Assembly: GCA_016906335.1 (NCBI GenBank)
Contig: JADEYG010000002.1
Coordinates: 1,116,001-1,180,000 of the forward strand
Origin: Novakomyces olei
Taxonomy: Eukaryota
Direction: 5' to 3'
DNA length: 64,000 bases
Shown: one piece after another, positions 49,191-63,937 of the stretch
How the letters are laid out: every line of letters starts with the position of its first letter
Numbering within the stretch: the stretch's first letter is position 1
Translations under genes and position numbers: made by a program
The notes under the pieces: generated by a model
The model's input: the letters and a program-made list of their open reading frames with translations, nothing else
What the model was told of the DNA's origin: nothing
Database searches by the model: none

Positions 49191-50293
49191 TTAAAGGTTT
49201 AATTTTGTCCATACATCAGCGGCATTAACGTTATTGTGCTGCTCACGTGACGCTACTTTTTGCTTCACCTTTTCCACTATAAGGGAATGCAGCATTTGCA
49301 TATCAAATGCGTCTGCCTTGGCCTCGAAGTAGAGGTCATGGTCCAGGTAAAGAGGGTACGACAGGGCCGCTTGCTCGGAGGCGGCACCAACACTGCCGGA
49401 ACCATTGCCCATTAGCGCAGTCAGTGTCGGTCCGAGCGCAATATCGTCGGACAGAGGAGAGATAGGAATGCCCTGTGTTGACGCAAGCCATAGAGCATCA
49501 AAGGCCAGCAAGGATGCACCCTTTAAAAACGAATCCAAGTTATCTTCCGCAACAAACAAGGGCTGCTCTGATCCATCAGTGTCACGCACAAAAGCATGGG
49601 GCCTCTGTCGCCGCGGCAGTACAATCGTGTTTGGCAGCTTTACCCCCAAGTAATGAGCAGTGATTAGCAAAAAGTAGCTTAGCAGTGCCATCGCCGTGTT
49701 TGTGCGAGCGGTACTCGTTTGACTGAGCATTTCCGTCAAAGGCGGAAACTTTACTTGGCCGAGCGTAAAAGTATCGCCGGCTTCGAATCCGTAGATATCG
49801 CAGAGTTCATGTAGTAATGCACGACGAGTAGCGGCAATTTCTTTGGCAACAAGACGAGCTTTAGCACGGCCCGTGCTGGTTGCACGTTCAGCCTCTTGGC
49901 CTCGGCCGCTGAAAAATGTACCAGCCGCGTCTCTGCTCTGATCGGCGTCCTGAGCCACACGCTCGAGCCTCCGTTTCTGCTCCTCTACGGCATTTTGTAC
50001 TGGTAGAGTTAGTTAATCGAGTCAATCCTCCACTTACCCGTTGCAAGACGGTACTGTTCCGCTTCAGTCTCCGTCTTTGCCTTCTCCAAACGGAAGAGCA
50101 GGTACCGCTGAGTCAGCACTGCCTCTAAGTGTTTGCCGCTGGCAGAGCCGCACTCGTGCTCGGCAGCCTCACACGCTTCTTCTCGCTCAAACCAGGCAGA
50201 CAGCAGTGACTGGCGCGCTGCCAGTAATGACGCCCGCACACAGCTGCTGCATACTACTGTCGCCGAAAGCGCATTGCACGCAGGACACTCCAT
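49191..50293 (-). CDS. Atg14/Vps38/UVRAG-family PI3K complex subunit; one intron ~50001-50037
   Basis: N-terminal CxxC..CxxC, coiled coil, AHYLGVKLPNTIVLP, FLKGASLLAFDALWLASTQG. Confidence 0.75.
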
Positions 50294-50452
50294 CAGTCAC
50301 TCCCATTGCATTTACGCGCTCGCACGGATCATAGCCTTGACGCGTCAGACTGCCGGCACACGTCAGGTATGGCGTACTCGAGGCTTATTTAATAATTCCG
50401 TATTTAATTAATTCCATATCCTCGATACTGTGGAGAATGAATAACTATACAA

Positions 50453-50560
50453 ATATAAAATATAAAATATAAAATATGAAATATAAAATATAAAATATAA
50501 AATATAAAATATAAAATATAAAATATAAAATATAAAATATAAAATATAAAATATAAATAT
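50453..50560. repeat. (ATAAA)n microsatellite
   Basis: Read directly. Confidence 0.95.
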
Positions 50561-50671
50561 AGATAATAGATAATAAATAATAAATTATAAATTACAAATT
50601 ATAAATTATATACAGTACTGTGAAGGGGTATATGATAACGACACTTTATAAATAATAAAAAGTGAAAAAAG

Positions 50672-50742
50672 TGCGATAACCGAGAATCGAACTCGGGTTA
50701 CAAGTTTGGGGAACTTGAGTGCTACCTCTACACCATTACCGC
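50672..50742 (-). tRNA. tRNA-Gly(CCC), intronless, with atypical C33
   Basis: Cloverleaf GCGGTAA/TTATCGC, D stem GTGT/GCAC, anticodon stem CAAGT/ACTTG with loop TCCCCAA, T arm CCGAG-TTCGATT-CTCGG, A73, followed by a T6 Pol III terminator. Confidence 0.92.
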
Positions 50743-51108
50743 GCAATCCTAACTGACTATTACTTGAGAGAATTTTCTTAGGCGAAAAGTTTATATTTAT
50801 AAATGCTTTAAGCTTGCAATATGCGATTATGTAAGGCTAGCACGTAATTTTTAATTTCCTTTTCTGGACAACAATCGTTTTTTTTTTTTGCCCAGTCTTG
50901 CTTCGCCGAGATTAATAGAATTGCAAATCGTGATTTCAGTCAATTGGTCCAACCAGAAGAGCTTATAGACTAAAAGCATCAACAAGGCTTAGTTCATTGC
51001 CGGTAATATATTGCACAAGTTAAACCGTTGGTGAATTCGGCTGGTCAGTTGCACAATTCACAAACTTGGTTCTCGAGGCGATCTTTAATAATATCTGTGG
51101 GTTTTTGA

Positions 51109-52839
<1,731 letters not shown>

Positions 52840-53016
52840 AATGAAATAGAGAGCTTGTGGCGCTAGACTAGGATTGTTGTCCCGGGCTAAATGAGTGTTT
52901 TGATGGGGATTTATGGATATAATGTCATAGTAAAAGAGGCAATCAATGTCTGAAAAGTTGTTTATTGAGATTTAGGTTGAAGTTTGTTTAAAAGATGTCG
53001 ACTTGTATTACTGTGA

Positions 53017-53430
53017 TATAAATATAAATATAAATATAAATATAAATATAAATATAAATATAAATATAAATATAAATATAAATATAAATATAAATATAAA
53101 TATAAATATAATATAAATATAAATATAAATATAAATATAATATAAATATAAATATAAATATAAATATAAATATAAATATAAATATAAATATAAATATAAA
53201 TATAAATATAAATATAAATATAAATATAAATATAAATATAAATATAAATATAAATATAAATATAAATATAAATATAAATATAAATATAAATATAAATATA
53301 AATATAAATATAAATATAAATATAAATATAAATATAAATATAAATATAAATATAAATATAAATATAAATATAAATATAAATATAAATATAAATATAAATA
53401 TAAATATAAATATAAAATAAATATAAATAA
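53017..53430. repeat. (TATAAA)n microsatellite, ~400 bp
   Basis: Read directly. Confidence 0.97.
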
Positions 53431-53467
53431 ATAAATTACTATACAACTGCTACGCAGCACTTTATCA

Positions 53468-54318
53468 ATGGACAAACCTTCCGCTGCTGGAGTCCTCTTG
53501 ACAGCAGCAACGGCCACGACTGCTGTCACTCTTTACGTTTCCTCACTCGCATTTCCAAATTTGACACAATACCTAACTCTATCCACCGAGGCCGTTTCGC
53601 GATTGCAATTATGGCGTATTGTAACGTATTCCTTGATGCACCTGTCTTTACTGCATATCGTTTTTAATATGGTCGCGTTTGTTCCCTTGGGTGCTCAGTT
53701 TGAGAGGCGTGTCGGCACGTTTACCGCTACTGTTGGGGGATTGTTAGCTTTCGTCATTGCTCCGGCAGTAGTGTATCTAGGCGCTCAATTTCTGCTGGGC
53801 GACACGGGCGCTATTGGTGGGATCAGTGGCGTTGTTTTTGCCTTGATTGCTGAACAAGCAATGAACTTGTATCGGCAGAGTGATGAGTCTAGTCATATCG
53901 TTATTGCCGGGGTTACTGTGCCGACTCTGTCTTACCCTTTCATAATGCTTGGGCTTACCTGGCTGCTTTTGCCAAGCTCGAGTTTGCTCGGGCATTTATT
54001 AGGAATCCTTCTGGGGTTTGCTTGTAAGCTATTCAACATTTTATTTTATTTTTATTTTTATTTTTTTATATTTTTTTTGTTTAGTCTAAAATTGTGCTAA
54101 TTGAAGATGGTTACGGTCTCTTTGACGTAATTTTACCCGGACAAGAGACTATTGATGCTTGGGATGCACGATTAGAACCCATTTTTGGCGCTGTTTATGC
54201 GAAACGTTCGGGCGAAGCGTCGGTGCACCTTTCCGCAAGTGTAGAGCAGAACAAGAATACGGATCATCCGCATGGGCCCGGACATCGTCTTGGAGGGGAT
54301 CCGGAAGACGTGGTCTAG
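53468..54318 (+). CDS. RBD2: Rhomboid protease Rbd2-like; intron 54025-54107
   Basis: QLWRIVTY..H.SLLHIVFNM, catalytic GISG and GHLLG, C-terminal SHP-box-like GPGHRLG. Confidence 0.88.
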
Positions 54319-54733
54319 CATCTTTCTTGATCCGTGTTGAAATATAGGCTGGATGCTGTGTTGGTGCGAGTAAATGTCCGTTATATTAGATATCTGCTTG
54401 GATATACCTGTTTGCCTGCACGCCCATTCATGAATTTTAGACTGTTTGAACTCGATTGGAAAACGCCAGTTCAAAAACAGATTATGCAAGCTTTCTATGA
54501 CTTTGGTTCAGAATTTTTTATTGGCGCTATTGGTGCAGCTATTGAATTACTTTGGATCGGCTCAATCAACTCAATATATTCGTATAAACTAGACAAGCAG
54601 GCTTGACGAAACTCGCGTGATTTATCTGGACAGCCATCCATAGCTAAGCATACTTGCTTTCGCGTGCTTTTGGTGGCTATAATGTGGCAATTGACGTGAG
54701 TCGATCAAGATGATCGTGTACCTGCTGCTGCAA

Positions 54734-55922
54734 TCACGAAATGGACACCTTTTAATTAGCTTCAAGTATACGCCGTCAATCATACCTCGTTCAAAAGCGG
54801 TCGCTTTTGCACAATACGCTCCAAGTTTTCGCTCAGTATATCACCCACACGCTCCATATACTGCTCTGTAAGGCCGCTCATATGCGGTGTCACTATACAA
54901 TTCTCCAGCTCTAGCAAAGGATGCTTGTCCGGCAAAGGCTCTGGTGTAGCCACGTCCAGCAGGGCAGCAGCAATTTTATGGCTGCGTAAGGCTCTGAGTC
55001 AATTAGCAGCTAAAAAATCAATTGATAGCAAAACTTTATAAAAAAGAAAAAGGCCATACGCTACAAGTGCGTCCTGGTCGACAATAGGGCCACGGGCGAT
55101 ATTAATCAGAACGGCATCATTTCGCATTGCTTCAAGCTCCGGAGTGCTTATGAGCCCACGAGTTGATGCATTGAGAGGCAAAGCCAATACTACCGCGTCG
55201 GCACGAGAAAGAAAGTCATGAAAGCTCTTCTTGTCCGCAGTACTGTACCATCCCTGCGGCAATTCCGCTTCCGCGTCCCCCGTGTGGGGCAGGTAATAAT
55301 GGCTCTTGTGGGTAAAACGAGCGGCCGGTACTCCGCTCGCTGTTGCGGCAATTACGTCCATTCCGTACCCCTTAACGGCTAAACGTGCAATTTCTCTGCC
55401 AATTGCTCCGTACCCGATAACGCCGAGAGTCCGAGACCGGAGTTCACGGACAAAGAACCGGCTTTTAACGGGGTCACGTGAGCGATCGTAATCAGGTCCA
55501 GCGCCTCTGTCCTCAGGCCAATGCTGACGTGCACGCGTAGCATCCAAGGCAAAAGGCAGACGATGCTGCCAAGCTGTAAGCAGCAGGATTACGTGCTCGG
55601 CGATCGGAGTAGAATGTACTCCAGACGCGGTACTAAGACGCACCGATTCTCCGCGCCGGCGAACGTCCGCTATAAAATCAGAGTCCGCGACTACGTCATA
55701 CCCGGCAGAAGCCAATTGGATCCAGCGCAGACGTGGGGCTGCAGATCGCGATGGCGGAAGTCCACGTACGGTTAAGAGCAGAGTCGTTTGCGGCCAGTAC
55801 TCGGCAGCCTTGTCGGGGTCGGGAGTGTGGACATTTACGATTTTTCTCAGGTCGCTCAGCTGCGATTCCGGGATACCGGGGATCAGGATTAAGAGGTGCT
55901 CGTCTGGGAACGTAATTGTCAT
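54734..55922 (-). CDS. D-isomer-specific 2-hydroxyacid dehydrogenase; intron 54994-55059, possible terminal intron near 54749-54785, 5' intron upstream of the ATG
   Basis: WIQLASAGYD, GVIGYGAIGREIA, LINIARGPIVD, LDVATPEPLP, VTPHMSG. Confidence 0.88.
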
Positions 55923-56566
55923 TTGCGTAGACTGGTCGTTAGAAATGTGGGGGTTGTAAGAACGTGGGGATTGTAAGAACGTGGGGATTGTAAGAAATGT
56001 AGAAAAATTGACAAGGAAACGAGATACAAGCAATTGTTCTGTGCCGATAGCATACGAGTCTGACCCATCCTGTTGGGCCAAACGAGTTTGCAGCACAGCT
56101 GTTCCCACGAAACTTACAGATTGTTCCGCCAAAGTCAAGACGGCTTTTTGCTTGCGAGATTGATTATTAGGAAAAGTTTGTACTTTACCTGCTGTGCCGC
56201 TTCAATCGGTAGAAAACAGGCCTGAAATTAATGCGGAAATTAAACGGTAGATATCGCGCTGTGCCAATTTAATCCGCTGTCGGCAATCACACTGATTCTT
56301 TTTGCGTGCACGTTGATCTCCGTCTTTTTATCGGGATTCTATCAGCCCACGTTACGCCCACGTTTTGTGTCGTACCCTATTAATAATACTATAGTACAGC
56401 GCTGCACGGTATGTTACTTGACTGTTTTATCTTTATAATGGAGGCTGGATGGACGACTTTGTAGCACGCTGTTACTTGTAGCCTGTGGTAAGTATAGATT
56501 TACATACAGAACGCCCAATTATTCGAGTTTTTGCCACTACGCTGTCTAATATTATTAATCAAATAA

Positions 56567-56720
56567 ATTACAAAATTTACAAAATTACAAAATTACAAAA
56601 TTACAAAATTACAAAATTACAAAATTACAAAATTACAAAATTACAAAATTACAAAATTACAAAATTACAAAATTACAAAATTACAAAATTACAAAATTAC
56701 AAAATTACAAAATTACAAAA
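56567..56720. repeat. (TTACAAAA)n octamer microsatellite
   Basis: Read directly. Confidence 0.95.
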
Positions 56721-56962
56721 TTTATTTCTTAGTACAAACAGCAATTCGTGTACGAGCAATTGTTTATACAATCAACAACTGCCTGTAAACAAACTGTCAA
56801 GTACTGACAAGCCAATCAATGGGACGCGTTGCTTACTAGTAAACATGCACAATATACTACTGCAACAAGTGGAAAAAAATAAATTAAACGTATGCTCGGT
56901 AATCCATTACTGCCTTTGAAAAGACTGTCATTCCTAAACCAAAGTAACAAGCGTTTGGGCGC

Positions 56963-59389
56963 CTATTGGTTGTGCAAGTGGCGCATGCGATTGAGCGCAG
57001 AACCAGCCTTGAACCATTCAATTTGCTCAGCGTTGTAAGTGTGGTTAAGTTTCACGTCAAAGGACTCGCCGTCCTTGGGGTGCACACGCAGAGTAACCTG
57101 GCTACCGGGGGCAAGCTCTTTTACGCCAATAAGGTCGACCTTGGCCTCCTTGGCGGGGACACGGTCATAGTCGGCTGGGTCGGCAAAAGTGAGCGGGAGT
57201 AAGCCCTGCTTCTTCAAGTTGGTTTCGTGAATACGGGCAAAAGAGCGCACAATGATGGCATAGCCGCCCAAGTAACGTGGCTCCAAGGCAGCGTGCTCAC
57301 GAGACGAGCCCTCACCGAAATTGCTGTCGCCAATTACGACCCACCGGTGGCCAGAGTCACGTAGAGCGCCTGCAACTTTGGGAACAGCCTCGTACTTGCC
57401 ATCAAGCGGGTTGTACAGATCATTAGCTTTGCCATTGTCGTCGTTGATTGCACCAATCATGTAGTTTTGTGAAATGTTTTGCAAATGGCCACGGTACTTG
57501 AGCCATGGTCCAGCAGCGGAAACGTGGTCAGTGGTACACTTGCCGCGTGCCTTGATCAGCACAGGCAGATCAACTGGGTCCTTGCCATCCCAAGCATCAA
57601 AGGGCTTGAGCCTTTGCAGACGATCAGAGTCTGGGCGAACAATTACCTCAACCGCAGACCGGTCCTCTGGCGGGCGCTGGTAAGTGTCCATGCCTGGATC
57701 GTAGCCCTTGGGTGGCAGGCCGATACCGTGAGGAGGCTCGAATCGGAACTCTTCGCCATCCGCACCGACCAAAGTATCCTTCATCGGGTTGAAGCCGAGG
57801 GACCCGCCAAAGACCATAGCGGTTACAACATCGGGAGACGTAACAAACGAGTGAGTAGCCGGATTAGCGTCGTTGCGTCCAGTAAAGTTACGGTTGTACG
57901 AGGTAACGATAGAGTTGGCCTCTCCCTTTTTTACGTCCTTTCGGTTCCACTGGCCAATGCACGGGCCGCAGGCGTTGGCGAGTACGATTCCACCGGCATC
58001 GCGCAGAGTCTTCAAGTAGCCATCGCGCTCAATGGTGGCACGTACCTGCTCGGAGCCAGGGGTGATGGTGAACTGAGATTTAACCTTGAGGCCGTGCTTC
58101 AATGCCTGCTCTACAAGGGAAGCACAGCGGGAGATGTCTTCATAGGAAGAGTTGGTGCAAGAGCCAATCAGACCGACCTTGAGCTCCTGAGGCCAGCCAC
58201 GCTCCTTTGAGACCTCTGCAAACTTGGAGAGAGGAGTAGCCAAATCTGGGGTAAAAGGACCGTTGATATGGGGCTCCAGAGTGTTGAGGTCAATCTCAAT
58301 GACCTGGTCATACTGGCAGCCTTCATCGGCAGCAATTACAGGGGCCAGAGCACGCGAAGCCTTGGCGATATGCTCACGGCGAGTAGCCACTAGGTAATCG
58401 TCCATGCGGGAATTGTAAGGGAAAATAGACGTAGTGGCACCAATTTCTGCACCCATGTTGCAGATTGTGCCCATACCAGTAGACGACAGGGACTCTACGC
58501 CGGGGCCAAAGTATTCCACAATAGCACCAGTACCACCCTTTACGGTCAGGATACCAGCAACTGTGCAGATAATGTCCTTGGGAGCAGTCCAGCCAGACAT
58601 CTTGCCAGTCAGTTTAACACCGATAACCTTGGGGGCCTTGATCTCCCAGGGGAGACCTGCCATAACGTCCACGGCATCGGCTCCACCGACGCCGATGGCA
58701 ATCATGCCCAGTCCACCGGCATTGGGAGTGTGAGAGTCGGTTCCGATCATGAGACCGCCGGGGAAAGCATAGTTCTCGAGCACAATCTGATGAATGATAC
58801 CAGAGCCAGGGCGCCAAAAGCCAATGTTGTATTTGGCACAAGCAGTAGCCAAAAAGTCATACACTTCCTTGTTTATCTCACGAGCGTGAGCCAGATCCTT
58901 GACGCCGCCAACTTCAGCCTCGATCAAATGGTCACAGTGGACGGTGGTGGGCACCGCAACCTGAGGGATGTTGGCCGACATGAATTGCATAATGGCCATC
59001 TGGGCAGTCGCGTCCTGGCAGGCTACACGATCGGGACGGACTTTGAGGTAAGACACGCCTCGCTCGATTTCCTGCTCGTGCGGATTGTCAAGATGTCCAT
59101 ACATCAGCTTTTCCGAGTACGTGAGCGGCCGGTTCAGTCGCTTTTTCACAATGTCGATATTGCGCACAAGGCGCTCATAGTTGATATAGCGGCCGGGCTC
59201 CCAGTTAGAGATCTGTACTGGTTTGCTCAGGTCTTCATTCACCGTGGCAAATCCACGGTGTGCAACGCGTACTTGCCGAGCCTGCAATGTTAGCAAAGAA
59301 AGGATAATTGTACAAAGGCATTTATTGTACGACTCTCAAAGGTCACTTACCAGAGGCAAGGCAGCACGCTGCATGCGGAGGACCGACAT
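56963..59389 (-). CDS. ACO1: Mitochondrial aconitase; intron 59282-59350
   Basis: Presequence exon, [50 protein letters not shown]. Confidence 0.98.
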
Positions 59390-61123
59390 GGTGCCGGAGA
59401 GTCAATCGGATTTCAGGTCAAAGTGCGATAACTACAACGTGGCCACTCGATTATGACCCGTCGACGAAGGCACTATGGACAAGGCTACCGAGCAGTTTTG
59501 TTTAGGAGCGGATTTGGGAGGGGAGGACCCGTCTTTTATATTTATATGTAGACATTTTTATTTTTCCTATTTTTTACCATTCGCATATACAGTATGCCGC
59601 CGGCCAATAACTGTCCTTTTTTTAAATTTACTTTGGAAATAGGATTACTCGAACCTGTACAGTAGTGAGATTAGCTTACAGCATAAAAACACAACAAATA
59701 TTATTGGCGGATTTTGCCACTGAACCTTTAATCGGCCACAGAAAAAAACCGGCTTTTCGCGATAGATAATCATTTAGACTGTGCTCTGTACAGGCACATG
59801 CATCGACTGCCGCTTCGTGTTTAGTCGCTTGCTCTTCGGCGTGTAGTGTGCCGTCGACACCGGCACACATACAGCCGGTCGCTCTGGCCAATAACGGTAG
59901 GCGTATTTGCCTCGCCCGCCGGGCCGTTATGTGCCGGCAGGGTTTTCTAGCCCTAGGGTTAGCACCGGGGTAAGGGTGCGGAGAAAAATACTGTCGAAAA
60001 GGGCAATGCAAAGTATTCAAATCCTATAATTTTTTTCTGTGGATTAGACGTATACTGTTACTTGGACACTGCTCTCCTCTTGTATACATGTCGCTGATAT
60101 ATTAGAGTCGTACACTAGTCAGTACCATTCATTTATTGTAGCGCCAATATAGAATTCATTCTAGTATTAATTCCCAAGGTCAATCAGTATTTTGGCTATT
60201 GATGGATTTTGCTAATCCTTGATTTAAAGGCATACAATTCGCTGTTTGTAAATTTGCAGTGTACAATTTCGCAGGGGACTCGTAGATCAGACCGATTTTC
60301 TTACATCTGTATGCGACGCCTTTTATTATCGCCTTTGATAGATTTCAACTAGTTTCATGTCAAAATATAAAAATAATAATTAGCAGTTGTGGTCGGTTCT
60401 AGCATTTTTGTTTGGTGCTATTTTACGATTCAATGATTCAAACCCGCTCATTTTTAAAACACGCGTTTCGGATATATTACGTAAATCTTTGTCAAATACA
60501 ATGAACCTGTAATTGTGAGCTCTTCAAATGTATGGGGGTGGACTATGCATTGCCATATCTCTTATATCAGCAATACACATGTACTGTTCTAAAGCCATTT
60601 GTCAAGCTACTCATTTGTATTGAACTATAAAATATTAAATTAAATTAAAAACCAAATTAAAAGTCTAATCGCGATTCTAAACAGGATTCAAATGTGGGGA
60701 ATGTTTAATGTATTATTTTGCAAATTGCATATTCGGTGGTCACAGGTGGCCTACCAACCAACACTCGGCTGCACAGGCTGTTTTAAATTTAGATTGACCA
60801 AGTTCCACGTACGTTTCGCCGTTTGCAAAGCTCCACAGAATGAAGAAAGCTCAGTTACCTGCAATCCTACGCACGTCTTGTCCTACATCAACCACCCGGT
60901 TAAAACTATAAAAAGCTCCTCTAAAAAATCTACCAGAAAAAGCCATTTACCAACACGTTCAATTATCAACAGCGTGCTATTCTCAAATCACAAATTTTTT
61001 CAAACCCCCAAACGGGATAAAAACTTTTCTTGCTGTAAACAAACAGTTTATTCGCGGGATCATGATTGGCAAAATACAAGTGTACAAAGGTTTTGCATAA
61101 AGAGTACATAGACAAAACAATAC

Positions 61124-62712
61124 CTACTCATAATCAGCTAGGAGCTTATTGTGCCCTTGCACAAGTCTGTCCTCGAAATCGGTACCGCCCGCGAGGAAAG
61201 TTGTGCGGAAACCATGCCGACCAAAGGGCATAGTTCCAAACCCGGACGCTGGAACTACACAAATACCAGTGCGTTCCAGTAACTGCAGGCTGTAAAACTC
61301 ATCGACTTCCATGTTTCGAGCAAAAGCTGCTTCTTCCATTCCTTTAGGTACGCGGATACGGGGAAAAAGGTACATTGCACCCTTTGGAGCATTGCACGTG
61401 ACTCCATCCATACGCTGAAAAGCCTTGTGTAGTCTATGCGCTCTTGATTCCATGGTACTCTGTATTTTTTCCACTTCATCATTGTAAGTCTTGTAGCTCG
61501 CATCGCCCGGCCGAGGTGGATTCGACATTATTTCCACTACAATTTGCCCCGAAACAGGTGGGCAAAGATCAATGCTAGCCAGCTTATAATACTGCTCCCG
61601 GGCATAGTCACTGAAATTAAGCAGCTCCACATACCCCCCACGCCGACCACATTCTCCGTACTGGCCTTTACTGATAGTTTGTAAACTGGCCAGCTCCAAA
61701 GCATCCCAACCTTCTTGGGGTTCCTGTTGCTGTAGCGTGAGCAAGACTTTACGGAAACTGTGCCACTCTACTCCGGCAAACACATTAGTCTGGTAGACTT
61801 CGTCAGCGATCAAGAGCAGATTTTCTTGCTTGCAAAACAGTAGTAACGACTCCATGCTTTCTCGTGTCAATACACTTCCTGTCGGATTTCCTGGGTTAAT
61901 AACCACAAGGGCTCGTACTCTCACGCCCCTTTTACGTGCCTCGTGGATGCTACGGTGGAGCTCGCTCATATCGATGTTCCAATCGGCATTTTCATCGAGG
62001 TAGTACGAGACCATTTGGCCTCCGTGAGTGGCCAGGGCTGCCGAATATAGTGGGTATTGCGGGACTGGCACCATAATACCATCGTGTGAGCCCGTAATCA
62101 GCAATTCACACAGAGTATGCACTCCAGCTGAAGCACCAGCAAGCAAAAAAACGTCGTCTGGATTAGCGGGCCCAGTTTTGGGCCCGTCTCTACTTTCAAT
62201 CGCCTTGGCAACGGCACGCCTGGCAAATGGGATCCCCTGTGAGGCCGAATAGGCACCCGTGCTGCCAATTTGCGCAAGTAGAGTTCGAGCACGCTCTATT
62301 GCATCGGGCGCAAAAAGCTGACGCGTCAATTGCTCGTTTTCCGGTCTCAGCAGTGGCGGGTACTCTGTCAGTGCGACAACCTGCCGTACAAAGGTGAGCG
62401 GCTGCTGATCCAGCTGCTGAGGATTGCCAATATTGACGTTTACAACATCCTTAAAAGGCAGATCCGCGTCTTTCGACATCAGCTGTTCCCTTAATTGCTC
62501 CGATCGGACCGCGATCGGCCCGCGTACTGCGTACTGCGCATTAACCACGTGCGGGTTGACAGTGCCCTTGTCGAGAACGTGGCGCCGGGAAGAGTAGGTA
62601 CGAGCTGTGAGGTCAGTTTTGCAAAAGCACCGCTACTTTTATTGGCCTTACAATGCCTCGCCATTGCGATACAGGAACGTAGGACCGGGCGGCTCCAACT
62701 CTGGGTTGCCAT
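61124..62712 (-). CDS. ALT1: Alanine aminotransferase with mitochondrial presequence; intron 62605-62651
   Basis: YAVRG, NIGNPQQL, PQYPLYSA, INPGNPTG, ADEVYQ, SKGQYGECGRRGGY. Confidence 0.95.
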
Positions 62713-63210
62713 TACCCAGCAATTCTCCAGACTCGCAAGTAAGATTGGCGTGCAGCGAGTAAGGCGGTGCAAGTCTGATTTTGAGGCAGACGGGCAGACA
62801 GACAGACAGAGATGGAGACAGACGGAATTGCCGTGCTACGAGTCAGAGATTGGAACGACCGGCTCAATACAGCAAATACCGCGCTTAAAGTATGCCTAAT
62901 CAAAAGCTCGGCTTAAACATTATTTTATCCAACATCGCCGCCCGCCATGTAACGAATTAACGTGCGACTCGCGTATTTGTCTCATATTAACTATTGTTCT
63001 TTATACACTGTGTTTATTTCATATATCAGATACTTTGACTTTGGTTTGCTTTTATGTATTATCAGTTAATTTGGAGATTAATAGTACTCGAGTTTATAGT
63101 AATTATATTTATTATATAAATATAAATAAATAAAAAGATAAATAAATATAAATATAAATAAATATATCGCGTCTGACAGGTTGTTGCAAAGCCGAATTGT
63201 CGAGTTCCCA

Positions 63211-63584
63211 ATGGAATCAAAAGACAATGTGTCTCTGCTGCTACGGCTGCGCAGCGTGCTCGACCTATTTCCGCCTGTAGTTGACGCTGCCGGCGGAAAT
63301 TCCGGCTCTGATATGGACGCGGATGCGTTTCGACGTGCCAGTACGCAACAGCGAGCTCACATACGCAGTCTGCGGTCGCAATTGGAGCAGCGCCAGAGAG
63401 CTATAGACGGTGCGAATGAAGACGCTGCAGTAAGCCGAAACCTCGACGTACCCGACCAGCTTCTTTTGATTGCTGATTTGGAAGCTCGCGTTGCTTACCA
63501 AAAGTGAGAAATACATAATCTACCTTTGCTAACTTGAAAAGAGCACAAATTTCGACGCTAAAAGAGGCATTGGGGCCTGAATGA
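63211..63584 (+). CDS. Small coiled-coil protein resembling Mediator subunit Med9; intron 63504-63541
   Basis: Splicing gives C-terminal DQLLLIADLEARVAYQKAQISTLK, similar to the Med9 C-terminal helix pattern. Confidence 0.55.
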
Positions 63585-63937
63585 AGCCTGTCTACACTTT
63601 TGCGTTGCCATTTTATGATATAATGATACCCGGCTGGTTTGGTAAAGCATAAACACATTGTCTACAAGCACACAGGACATGTCCATGGTGGGGATACCGC
63701 GTAGAAGCATTGCCGAGAGCACTGTCTGACTGGTGTGAGTATACGGTGTGGACGAGCTCTTGAATGAATACTACTTATTGCAATTGCACAGACGGCAAAG
63801 CCCAATCCAATAGACTTTGTGAGACAAAAGCACGTTCGCAACTATAACTATTAAATAAATTATTTTCCAGTAGATTTACAGCCCTAGCAGGCTCTCAGGC
63901 ACTTGCTACTAAACACTATGATAAAGCAAAGCCTTTT

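Noticed and set aside
52988..53529. ORFs of poly(IF)/poly(LY)
   Set aside because: Translations of the TATAAA microsatellite
56485..56919. 144-aa ORF with KITKLQNY repeats
   Set aside because: Translation of the TTACAAAA microsatellite; non-ATG start
60692..61111. 139-aa + strand ORF
   Set aside because: No recognisable motifs; lies in the convergent ALT1 3' flank and is likely spurious
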